Positions 18,633-27,245 of a DNA stretch of 64,000 bases are shown in pieces. Within the stretch, counting starts at the first letter, position 1. Each line of letters opens with the position of its first letter. The DNA is from Planctomycetota bacterium (lineage in GTDB: Bacteria; Planctomycetota; PLA2; JAEUHO01), in the NCBI GenBank assembly GCA_965222115.1, contig CBDCTJ010000007.1:1440001-1504000 (forward strand), written 5' to 3'. The notes under the pieces are model-generated. The model saw only the letters and a program-made list of their open reading frames with translations. It was not told where the DNA came from and did no database searches. Made by a program: the position numbers and the translations under genes.

Positions 18633-19919
18633 CTACAGCCCACCGCCCGGCAACACCACAACATCGTCTAGCGTTTTTCCATGCTGTGCGGCTTCGTGCC
18701 ATGCAAAGTCAATCGCTTTTTGCATATCGCCAAAAGCCAGCAGGCCCATGGGACGTAAAATGTCGCGCGGGAGTGAGCTAACGACGTGTACCGGGTGATC
18801 TTTCGCGATTCGACGAATGCTGTACGCCGTCAGCCCGTAGGGGTGAAACTGTTCGCGGAGTGCAGCCAAGTGTCGATGCAATTTCCCGCTCTCAAACCAC
18901 GGTAGAAACGATGGATGACCAGGTCCTTGAGGCGCGTCGGCCAGCCAAACAATGGGAGCGCCGGGTTTGGCCCATGCCGTGGCGCGCAATAGCGTCTTGT
19001 GCGCTTGAATCAAGTCGCCGTCGGTGGGTGGTGGCGAATGGACGACGACACAGTCGTGGGCTCGCGGCGTAGGCAGCGCGTGTAGCGTTTTCCAGCGCTC
19101 GATGCCCGCTTCATGTGCCTCGCGCACGTCGCCCGCAATGGCATCAACGATACGTCCGTCAGGCGTGAGAATGACATTGAGTAAGAACGCGTTGCGGATG
19201 AGGCCCGCGACCCGATACAGGGCGTTACGAAACCCGTTGGGCTTGGCCACACATGTGGACGCAGTAACGCTGCCATCGGGGCGTACCATCACGTCGAGTG
19301 TCAATCGATGCGCGGCCACTACCGTGTCGCGCTCCGCTACACCGGGCACAAGCGACTTGGGTCCACCGCCAAAGCCCGCCAAGTGATGGGGCGTGATGGC
19401 GCCCGTCAGTATGACGAGCCCGGCTTCGGCTACGAGACGATGCACGCGCACATTGCCAAGCTCGGCGTCGGATCCGATGGATTCGTTTGCTTCGGGGGCG
19501 TCCGGCGAACTCTGTACGGGACGTAACGTCTCCATGATCTCGTCGCCCACGAGTCGCCGTACATCGTCACGTGAAGACGTTGTGTGAATTCCGCGTGCAA
19601 CCACCATGCGTATACGGCCGGGATGTATGCCCGCAAGCGCAAGGCGCGCCAGGAGAGGAAGAAGGTAGGTGTGCGCTGCGGCCGGTCGGGTGCGATCTGG
19701 CACAACAAGGGTTACGGTCCCGGCGTCGGTCGCAAGTTCACTAAGTGGTGGGCGACCAACGGGATCATCGATGGCTTGCGCGACGACACGCAATGGATCG
19801 TCGGCGGCCTTGAGATCCTTGGACGTAACGCAATGCACGCGCGCGCTGGAGGGAATCGTTGCGCGCCGTTCGCCGGAACTCGTTTGAAACGCAAGGCGGT
19901 GAGTGGCTGCACTCGACAT
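18633..19919 (-). CDS. larA: Nickel-pincer-dependent lactate racemase family protein (LarA homolog)
   Basis: PDRTRP, ARGIH, PHHLAGFGGGPKSLVPG, AAH and DLIQAHK match the LarA family motifs. Confidence 0.85.
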   Translation of the reverse strand: MSSAATHRLAFQTSSGERRATIPSSARVHCVTSKDLKAADDPLRVVAQAIDDPVGRPPLSELATDAGTVTLVVPDRTRPAAAHTYLLPLLARLALAGIHPGRIRMVVARGIHTTSSRDDVRRLVGDEIMETLRPVQSSPDAPEANESIGSDAELGNVRVHRLVAEAGLVILTGAITPHHLAGFGGGPKSLVPGVAERDTVVAAHRLTLDVMVRPDGSVTASTCVAKPNGFRNALYRVAGLIRNAFLLNVILTPDGRIVDAIAGDVREAHEAGIERWKTLHALPTPRAHDCVVVHSPPPTDGDLIQAHKTLLRATAWAKPGAPIVWLADAPQGPGHPSFLPWFESGKLHRHLAALREQFHPYGLTAYSIRRIAKDHPVHVVSSLPRDILRPMGLLAFGDMQKAIDFAWHEAAQHGKTLDDVVVLPGGGL

Positions 19920-20029
19920 GGCGGCATCTTACGTGTGTCGGGCACGTTACGGCAGCCCGGTCACTGTGAACCATCGCGGAATCGCCCGGTTACGAGCTAT
20001 ATCCCCTGCCTTCGAACGCGCATGTGCCG

Positions 20030-20890
20030 CTACGGCACACTCCAGTTTCGCGCGACCATACGGTGGGGGTTGCCTTGCGTTGCATGCTGTTGTTCGTGGC
20101 ACGCCTTGCAATGCATTAACTCACTTGACCCATCATCGGTTACCGAATCTCGATGGACGGCGAGGAACTGGCGCATGCCAGAAACTGCAACATCGTAGAT
20201 CACGAAGTTACGCATTTCGGTCACGCCGATTTCTATCGAAGGCTTTGCCGACGTGGCAGAACGAAGGACAAGGCCGGCCGTGTGATGCCGCCCCGGTCGA
20301 TACAACGTGGCGCCGGTGCCGTCGGCAAACGAGCGCGGTTCGTAGCATTGTCCCACCCGCCAAGCGCCCGCATGCACGAGATGGCTCGCGCGCGGATCCA
20401 TATCCCGATCACTTTGATCACATGTGCGTGCATCGAGACTTGTGGGTTTGGTCCCGCTTGGCAACACGGCCAAGTCAATCGCCCGCACCACCGCGGGGTC
20501 CACCCCCATGCGGGTCATTTCAAGACGCGGCTTCAGCATCGTTGCCGCAAGAAATGCGACGAGCGCCGTTGCCGCGACGGTAGAAACTGCCAACACCGCA
20601 CGCCCAAGATCGCTCATACGGCGACGCTGCGCGACGGGCGAGCATTGAAGCTCGCGATCCGTGGCATCGAGCCGACGTTCAATGCACGCGACCAGGTGAT
20701 CTTGCGCGCCACGATTGAAGTCGGACTGAACATCCGCGCGCCATGCCTGGCCCGCGTCGCGCATGGTCTGTTCAAAGGCCCGGTCCGATATCTTTGACGC
20801 CGGCGACCCGTTTGGCGTGGTCCCGTCACGACCTGACTCTTGATCGAGGTGTGGGGGCTGATCGGGAGAGGGGTTGGGCGTAGCGTTCAA
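20030..20890 (-). CDS. Putative single-pass anti-sigma factor with a C-terminal CxxCH (heme c) motif
   Basis: Overlaps the ECF sigma stop (ATGA-type coupling). TM segment AVLAVSTVAATALVAFLAATML. CKACH at 20096-20110. Confidence 0.7.
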   Translation of the reverse strand: MNATPNPSPDQPPHLDQESGRDGTTPNGSPASKISDRAFEQTMRDAGQAWRADVQSDFNRGAQDHLVACIERRLDATDRELQCSPVAQRRRMSDLGRAVLAVSTVAATALVAFLAATMLKPRLEMTRMGVDPAVVRAIDLAVLPSGTKPTSLDARTCDQSDRDMDPRASHLVHAGAWRVGQCYEPRSFADGTGATLYRPGRHHTAGLVLRSATSAKPSIEIGVTEMRNFVIYDVAVSGMRQFLAVHRDSVTDDGSSELMHCKACHEQQHATQGNPHRMVARNWSVP

Positions 20891-21504
20891 TCCATGATTC
20901 CAGGCTTGGGATTCGGGGCTTGAGGACGCGCCGGATCGCCGTCCAAGTCCTCAACGAGCGCCCGTCGAATGTATTCCCGTCCGCGATGCAGTCGGCTCAT
21001 GACGGTGCCCGGCGGGATGTCCAAAATCTCGCCCACCTCGCGATAGGTCAATCCATGTAGATCGCGAAGTTGTACGCATGCGCGAAAGGGCATGGGGACG
21101 TTCTCGATAGCTTGGAGAATCGCACGATAGCGCTGCGAGCGCGCCACCACCTCACTGGGCGCGTCGTGAGGTGTGCCGACGCGCGCGGCCTCGGCGCCTC
21201 GATCCCCAAGCTCATCCTGCGGTCGAACTTTCGGGCGGTGAACCGAGCGGCGATACCGGTCAATGTGGAGCCGGCGCAGAATCGTAAACAACCACGCCTT
21301 GGCGTGGGTCCCCTTGCGAAAGCGATCAAAGGCCCGGTAGGCCTTCACATAGGTATCGGCCACCAAATCTTCCGCATCGTGCAAGTTTCGAGTGAGTGAG
21401 AGTGCGAATGCGCGGCAATCCGGAAGTAGCGGCATGGCAATGTCCATGAAGGCCTCGCGTAGGTCCTCGCGGGCGTCGTTGTCGCTGGGTTGCCGAGAAC
21501 GCAT
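20887..21504 (-). CDS. ECF-family RNA polymerase sigma factor
   Basis: Region 2: DAEDLVADTYVKAYRAFDRF..GTHAKAWLFTILR. Region 4: GLTYREVGEILDIPPGTVMSRLHRGR. Confidence 0.95.
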   Translation of the reverse strand: MRSRQPSDNDAREDLREAFMDIAMPLLPDCRAFALSLTRNLHDAEDLVADTYVKAYRAFDRFRKGTHAKAWLFTILRRLHIDRYRRSVHRPKVRPQDELGDRGAEAARVGTPHDAPSEVVARSQRYRAILQAIENVPMPFRACVQLRDLHGLTYREVGEILDIPPGTVMSRLHRGREYIRRALVEDLDGDPARPQAPNPKPGIMD

Positions 21505-21588
21505 CCCGACTATCGTCCTTGAAGCTGCAGGGTGCGCAAGCTGCCGATTTAGACATTCCTTTGGAATGGGTTACACCCGTGTCGCTCC

Positions 21589-21600
21589 TACAATCGAGCG
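21589..21600 (+). promoter_or_regulatory. -10 element of a probable leaderless promoter
   Basis: TACAAT-cgagcg-ATG(21601); no Shine-Dalgarno sequence. Confidence 0.6.
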
Positions 21601-22491
21601 ATGAAGTGTGCGATCTACGTAGACGGCAGCGTTACGGGGCCCGAAAAGGCCTTTGTTCCTGCGCTTGACCATGGGTTCCTGTTCGGCGATTCCGTATACG
21701 AAGTGTTGTGGATGCATCGCGGCGTGCTCTTACATCCTCAAGCACATTGGGACCGCCTGCGCCGTTCGGCCGCGCTGGTCTACATGGACGTTCCCTATCG
21801 CGATGACGACTTTTTGCAGGCCATTGAGGTGACCGCTGCGAAGGCAGGCGTAGAAGCGAAGGACGAAGTCTACGTGCGCGTGGTTGTAACGCGTGGTTCC
21901 GGTCCTTGCACCATAGACATCAATACGGCCACCACGCGCCGCCTCATGATTGTGGTCAGTGAGATCACGCGCCCCACCATGGATGAACGGCGCCGCGGCA
22001 TTCATGTACGCGTTGTAGATCGCAAGCGTATGCCCACCGAAGCGTTGACACCTGCGGCGAAGACCGGTAATTATCTCAACAGCGTGCTCGCGCTCCATGA
22101 AGCCCAGCGCACCGGTGCCGACGATGCCATATTCACCAACATGCATGGGCACATCGCGGAGGCATCCACAAGCAATGTCTATTGGTGGAAGGGTGGCACG
22201 CTGTACACCCCGGCCTTGTCGTGTGGCATTCTCGAAGGGACCACGCGTCGTCAGTTGCTCGCGATGTGTGGGGATGCAGAGATTCCCGTGGCCGAAGTGG
22301 AAGCGCCCCCGAGCGTATTGCACGAGGCAGAAGAAATTTTTGTGTGTTCGTCGATTCGCGGCGTGATGCCGGTCACCACGTTGAATGGCGACGCCATACA
22401 CACCGGCGAAGCGGGCCCACGTTCCCTTGACATGGCGCGTCGCTTCGAGGCCGCCGCCGATGCCGAGGCTCGTGCTCAACTTTCGTCGTAG
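21601..22491 (+). CDS. PLP-dependent aminotransferase class IV (branched-chain/D-amino acid aminotransferase or aminodeoxychorismate lyase family)
   Basis: DHGFLFGDSVYE, AKTGNYLNS (PLP Lys), EASTSN, ILEGTTR and EEIFVCSS motifs. Confidence 0.92.
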   Translation: MKCAIYVDGSVTGPEKAFVPALDHGFLFGDSVYEVLWMHRGVLLHPQAHWDRLRRSAALVYMDVPYRDDDFLQAIEVTAAKAGVEAKDEVYVRVVVTRGSGPCTIDINTATTRRLMIVVSEITRPTMDERRRGIHVRVVDRKRMPTEALTPAAKTGNYLNSVLALHEAQRTGADDAIFTNMHGHIAEASTSNVYWWKGGTLYTPALSCGILEGTTRRQLLAMCGDAEIPVAEVEAPPSVLHEAEEIFVCSSIRGVMPVTTLNGDAIHTGEAGPRSLDMARRFEAAADAEARAQLSS

Positions 22492-22539
22492 GAACGAAAT
22501 CCATCGCTATGGCACGGCATGCGCGTGTAGCGTTTCACC

Positions 22540-24426
22540 GTGAACCTCTTCCGCCCGTCCCCTCCAGTTCGCCGTGCTACGTCTCGCCGTGTTACCGCGT
22601 CCGCCCTACAGCGGGGTGCTTTGGAAACGGGGCGCGTTCATTTGCCCTTTTTGCTTGCATTGGTTGCGGCGCTGAGCGCTGTCGTCGTGCCCGTGGGCGT
22701 TGTCGTCTGGCGTTCGTTTCATGTTACGGAAGTCGAGATGAAGAGCGGCGAGGTCTACGTCGCGTCTGGCGACGTGGTGCGCACCGATCGCGGCTACGAC
22801 TTTTCCATTCAAGAAGGCCCGGGCGCACCCAAGGTTCGCGTGCCCGCGCCACACAGTGCCGTTGTGGATGTGCGCAATGTGTTTAGTCTGCGCCACTATA
22901 AGTTCGTGCTTGGGGACAGCCGTACGCATGGCTTGCTAAAGAACAGCGCCTTGGTGGGGTTGGGCGCCGCGTTGCTCGCCTTGCTGTTTGGCATACCCAT
23001 CGCGTGGCTCCTCGCGCGTACGCGTTTTCGTGGTCGTGCATTGCTTGCTGTGCTGTGTTTGGCGCCGGCCATCCTTCCTCCCTTCTTCATCGCGCTGGGT
23101 GGCGCGCGCGTGATTCAACGTGCATTCATCGATTGGTTTGGCTGGAGTGGCAGCACGCTTCAGTTCGCCACTGCCATCGTGGTGTTCGGCAGCGTGCTCT
23201 ATCCGTTGGTCGTACTTTTGCTTACGCCTTCCATTGCAGGCATTCCTGCGGGTCCTTGGGAATCGGCACGACTGCTGGGTGGCCGACGCGCTGCGTTTCG
23301 AACCGTCACCTTGCCTGCTATCTTGCCCGCCATCCTCGGCGCGTTTGTACTCGCGTTTGTCGTCGCGTTGGGTGACTTTGTTGTGCCCGACTTGATGGGC
23401 GTCATGTTGCCCGGTGGGGGCACACCCGGGCACGTGCTGTCCACAGAAGTATTGCTTCAATGGAAACAGGAAGGCAATGTGGGCCGAGCGGTGGCAACAA
23501 GCGCGCCATTCCTTCTCCTTACCACAAGTTTGGTTGTGCTCGGTTTGTGGTTTCTTCGCCGGAGTCCACTCTTTGGCCGCGGTCGCGGTGCTCGTCCACG
23601 CGACCCAGTCAAGCTTGCTCTTCCGTGGAAGCTTGTGTCAGTGCTCTTTGTTGCCGGTGTGCTGTGGTTGTCGTTGTGGATGCCATTTAGCGGGATAGCG
23701 TCGTGGACATCTGGATTCGGCGAAACGGTGGCCCAAGGAAGCAGCGAAGTTAAAAAAGTTTCCGTATCGGGCGAGTTGTTTGATTTCAAGACTGCGCTCG
23801 ACAACACGCCCGGGGGACGCGAAGAACGCGATCGTTGGTTGCGTCATGCGTTGGCGGCGGCACTGCTCGCGTTGCTCATCGCCTTGCCCCTAGCACACGG
23901 AATGCGCGAACGTGGCGGCGTTTGGCGATTCTTGGTGTTGCTCGCTGCTGTCTTGCCTTTGGCGGTGCCCGGACTCGTGCTCAGTGCGGGCACGAAACTA
24001 CTGTGGATGGCAGTACCGTTTGGCGATGGTGGCAGCGGTGCCCTTTCCGCGGTGTTGGTTCGCGTGGCAAAGTTCTTTCCGTTCGCCTTGCTTGCGTCGT
24101 GGCTGGCACTGCGTTCCGTGCGACGGGGACAAGAGCAAGCGGCCTCCTTGCTTGGCGCCCGAACGCCCATGGCCGCGTGGGGGCCCGCGACGTGGTTAGG
24201 AATCGCTTCGGCGGGATTGGTCGTACTCGTCCTCAGCCTGCGCGAACTCGAAGCGGTGATTCTGCTCGACGCGCGCATTCTCCCCCTACGGCTCTACGAC
24301 AAGATCCACTTCTCGCGTCTCACCGATGAGGCGAATCTGCTATTGCTGTGCCTCCTGTACCTCATGATTCCCGCGCTCTTGCTCGCCGCCGTCCTCGCAT
24401 TCCGGGCTCGTCGCCGGCGTTCGTAG
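22540..24426 (+). CDS. ABC transporter permease (FbpB/ThiP-like, two fused TM domains)
   Basis: About 12 TM helices; EAA-like loops WESARLLGG..AFRTVTLP and EQAASLLGA; TAGCGT-N6-GTG upstream. Confidence 0.85.
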   Translation: MNLFRPSPPVRRATSRRVTASALQRGALETGRVHLPFLLALVAALSAVVVPVGVVVWRSFHVTEVEMKSGEVYVASGDVVRTDRGYDFSIQEGPGAPKVRVPAPHSAVVDVRNVFSLRHYKFVLGDSRTHGLLKNSALVGLGAALLALLFGIPIAWLLARTRFRGRALLAVLCLAPAILPPFFIALGGARVIQRAFIDWFGWSGSTLQFATAIVVFGSVLYPLVVLLLTPSIAGIPAGPWESARLLGGRRAAFRTVTLPAILPAILGAFVLAFVVALGDFVVPDLMGVMLPGGGTPGHVLSTEVLLQWKQEGNVGRAVATSAPFLLLTTSLVVLGLWFLRRSPLFGRGRGARPRDPVKLALPWKLVSVLFVAGVLWLSLWMPFSGIASWTSGFGETVAQGSSEVKKVSVSGELFDFKTALDNTPGGREERDRWLRHALAAALLALLIALPLAHGMRERGGVWRFLVLLAAVLPLAVPGLVLSAGTKLLWMAVPFGDGGSGALSAVLVRVAKFFPFALLASWLALRSVRRGQEQAASLLGARTPMAAWGPATWLGIASAGLVVLVLSLRELEAVILLDARILPLRLYDKIHFSRLTDEANLLLLCLLYLMIPALLLAAVLAFRARRRRS

Positions 24427-24558
24427 AGTCGAAGGCCCCTGGCGCTTTGGGTTGTTGGGGACCACCAACTGGATTCAGAAGGCTCTCAGGGGCGTTGATA
24501 CGGTGGGGCGACCCGCAGCCCCGGTGTATTCGATCGTGCTGCCACCAGGATTCGAGCT

Positions 24559-25968
24559 ATGTCCTTTCAAACCATGTCTTTTCAAACAGTATCGCTTCAA
24601 GCCAAGCCCCGTTTTCGCCTCGTCGCGCTCTTCCTCGCGGCCGCATGCCTCTTCGCTTCGGCCTCGTCCTACGCCGACGTATTGACCACGAAGAGCGGCC
24701 TGGTGCTTGAAGGGAGCGTTGCCAAAGACGCCGATGCCGGTTACCGCGTGACGACCGATGCCGGGGTAGTACACGTCAAAGCGTCCGAGGTGCTTTCCGT
24801 TCAAACGGGTGTGTCGCCCCGCGCCGCGTGGATCAAGGCCTTCGAGGCCGCTTCGTCGAAGGCGCCAGCCGCCAATGAAGATCAGGCCACCGCGATGTAC
24901 AAGCTCGCGGTTCGCGCGGATGCCGAAGGGTTAGACGATCTCGCGCGCCGTGCGCATCTTCGAGTGGTGGCACTGAATCCAAACCATCGCGCATCGCGGC
25001 GTGCGTTGGGTCACGAACTGGTGAAGGGGAATTGGCTTACGCAAGCCGATGCGCGACGCGCTCAGGGGCTGGTGCTCTTTCGTGGTACATGGCGAACGGC
25101 CGAGGAAGTTGAACGTCTGACCGCTCTGCGCGAAGGGGCCAAGAAGGCGCCTGCCTCTGACAAGTCCGTCGCCCACGAGTCCTTAGCCCGCAGTGCGTCA
25201 CCGGCGAGTCGTTGGTTGGAAACGGCGGTGTTGGCCGAGCCTGCGCTGCGCGCCGCCGCAGAACGCGCATTGCACGCTGCCGATTCCGTGGACATGCAGG
25301 CCGCCGGCGTGGCCGGGTTAGCTCACAAGGACGTGCGCGTTCGTGCGGCCGCAGCAAAGTTGTTGGGCGAACTAGGCGACGAAGCCTCACTGCGACCGCT
25401 GATTCTCACGGCTGCGCGCGATAAAGACGAGGATGTGCGGCGCGAAGCCACATTGGCCGCCATGGCCTTTGGGCACGACGATGTGTCCATTCCCTTTGTG
25501 CGCGCGTTGGGCGCATCCAATCCCAAAATTGTAGCCAATGCGGCTCAAGCGCTCGGGATGATCGGTGATATGCGGGCCGTCGGCTATGTCGTAAAGCGCA
25601 TGATGTCGGCGGGCTCGTCTACGCGAAACTTTATTGCCATTACCAATCAGATTTCCTACGTACGTGATTACGACGTGGAGATTGCGCAGGCCAGCAACAT
25701 TGCCAATCCCGACATTGGAACCATTCAAGAAGGCGTAGTGCTCGACGCCAAAGTCGCCGGTCTCTACTACACACGCACGTGGATTGAACCCATCTTGGTT
25801 GACGCCGCAGGCGCCTTGGCGGGTGAACGCTTTCGCAATCGCGATGAAGTACTTGCGTGGTACGCGAAAAACAAGGCGTCGATTCCGAGTTACCCGCCCA
25901 AGCCAGGTAAGCGTCTACGCAAGAAGCGCCGCGGGCGTTGGATTGGCGTACCGAACCCCACGCGCTAA
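24559..25968 (+). CDS. Exported HEAT-repeat protein
   Basis: Signal peptide (..ASSYA-D), N-terminal DVLTTKSGLVLEGSV beta domain, ARRALGH..KGNW motif, HEAT/PBS repeats (DVRVRAAAAKLLGELGD). Confidence 0.8.
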   Translation: MSFQTMSFQTVSLQAKPRFRLVALFLAAACLFASASSYADVLTTKSGLVLEGSVAKDADAGYRVTTDAGVVHVKASEVLSVQTGVSPRAAWIKAFEAASSKAPAANEDQATAMYKLAVRADAEGLDDLARRAHLRVVALNPNHRASRRALGHELVKGNWLTQADARRAQGLVLFRGTWRTAEEVERLTALREGAKKAPASDKSVAHESLARSASPASRWLETAVLAEPALRAAAERALHAADSVDMQAAGVAGLAHKDVRVRAAAAKLLGELGDEASLRPLILTAARDKDEDVRREATLAAMAFGHDDVSIPFVRALGASNPKIVANAAQALGMIGDMRAVGYVVKRMMSAGSSTRNFIAITNQISYVRDYDVEIAQASNIANPDIGTIQEGVVLDAKVAGLYYTRTWIEPILVDAAGALAGERFRNRDEVLAWYAKNKASIPSYPPKPGKRLRKKRRGRWIGVPNPTR

Positions 25969-26048
25969 GTTCATTTCGACGGCTGTGAGAACGGTCGACG
26001 GCTGTCAGAACGGCACGAGTGTGTCTGAACGAACGCGAATGCGTGGCG

Positions 26049-26282
26049 CTACGCTTCCTTGCCCTCTTCCTTTTCCGCCTGCGCCGCCATCGCTTCGTCG
26101 CGCTTCATCGCCTTGCGTGAGCGGACTTTGAACTTTGTGCGCACCTTCGGAAGTCCGAGTACCGAATCGCCATCGCTCCAGCGCTCTTGCTCCTTGAGCT
26201 TTTCGATGCGTTCCCAACGGGTCAATACACTGCGCTGACGCTGGAGCGTGTTCTTCAGCTTGAGGCTCTTGTGAATCGACAT
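26049..26282 (-). CDS. PVC-superphylum signature small basic protein (Chlamydiae/Verrucomicrobia/Planctomycetes family)
   Basis: MSIHKSLK...RQRSVLTRWERIEKL...GDSVLGLPKVR matches the family pattern as I recall it; ATG at 26282. Confidence 0.88.
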   Translation of the reverse strand: MSIHKSLKLKNTLQRQRSVLTRWERIEKLKEQERWSDGDSVLGLPKVRTKFKVRSRKAMKRDEAMAAQAEKEEGKEA

Positions 26283-26436
26283 GGTGGGGGTCTCGCTACG
26301 GGTGGCTCGTAAGTATCCCGGCAGTCGGGGCTCTGTCGCGCTATTCCTCACTCGACAATTTGCGGGCGCCCTTGGCCATCGGCTCGCCGAGTTCGTTGCT
26401 GGCCGCAGGTAGGCAAGGGTGTGACGTCGATGCGAC

Positions 26437-27144
26437 CTAACGACGTCGAAACGGGCGAAACTCGGGGTAGCGGAACGCCGCCCGTCCGTTGAAGTCGGCC
26501 GTTTTCAGCTTCTTTTGGTCGATGAATCGTTCGGCCTCGGCACGCGTGCGGAAGGGGCCAATGTCGATCAGCAGTTGATTGCCCTTGGCGCGAATGCTGT
26601 AGATGGCATTTCGCCGAATCTTGTAGATCCGCATGAGGCTGGTGGCGAGTTCTTTGGACGTGAGTAGCTTCTGGCTGGGTTGCTTGATGCGCGACACCCA
26701 GGTGTGGATCATGACACCCGTGCTATCGCGGCTGTCTACGCGTTGCAGCGCGTCCGGTTGTCCCCCCGAACGACCGTGAGACAGTCCGACAAAGAAGCTG
26801 AGCACCATCAACAACAAGCACACCGCCGACGTGAGCAGCACTTGCCGGCCACCAAGCGTGATGCCATCTGAGCTCATGAGGTTTTGAAACCAACCTTCAC
26901 CGCTCCTGGCTTTGCCTCTCGACGTTGACGTCGAAGACGAGATCCCTCGCGGCGCCTTGGGCGCACGTGTTGCGCGCTTGCTTGACGTTCTACTACTTGG
27001 TACCGACTTGCTCGTTCCCCGGGCACTCCTCGCGCCTCGCTGCGCACGCTTTTCTTCACGCCGGGCCGCTTTACGCGCCTCGGCAGCAGCGATCTCGCTC
27101 TGCTGATTGAAGATATCGAAGAGATCGTTCGCTTTGCGCGCCAT
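26437..27144 (-). CDS. Bitopic membrane protein with a C-terminal SPOR-like domain
   Basis: Basic disordered N-terminus, TM segment VLLTSAVCLLLMVLSFFVGL, and C-terminal LIDIGPFRTRAEAERF (SPOR-like motif). Confidence 0.65.
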   Translation of the reverse strand: MARKANDLFDIFNQQSEIAAAEARKAARREEKRAQRGARSARGTSKSVPSSRTSSKRATRAPKAPRGISSSTSTSRGKARSGEGWFQNLMSSDGITLGGRQVLLTSAVCLLLMVLSFFVGLSHGRSGGQPDALQRVDSRDSTGVMIHTWVSRIKQPSQKLLTSKELATSLMRIYKIRRNAIYSIRAKGNQLLIDIGPFRTRAEAERFIDQKKLKTADFNGRAAFRYPEFRPFRRR

Positions 27145-27245
27145 GGATTCCCAACTGGAGGCCGCCAACTGGTAGCGGCTGGACAGGGGCCTTACGACAT
27201 GAGGCAGGGCACGACCGTTCCCTCCGGGTGGACGCACCTCTTCCG

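Noticed and set aside
21549-21578. Minus-strand TGTAACC...GTCTAA considered as the autoregulatory promoter of the first ECF
   Set aside because: The spacer is about 3 bp shorter than typical ECF spacing, so it is not called. A CATTCC-TTT-GGAATG palindrome overlaps it.
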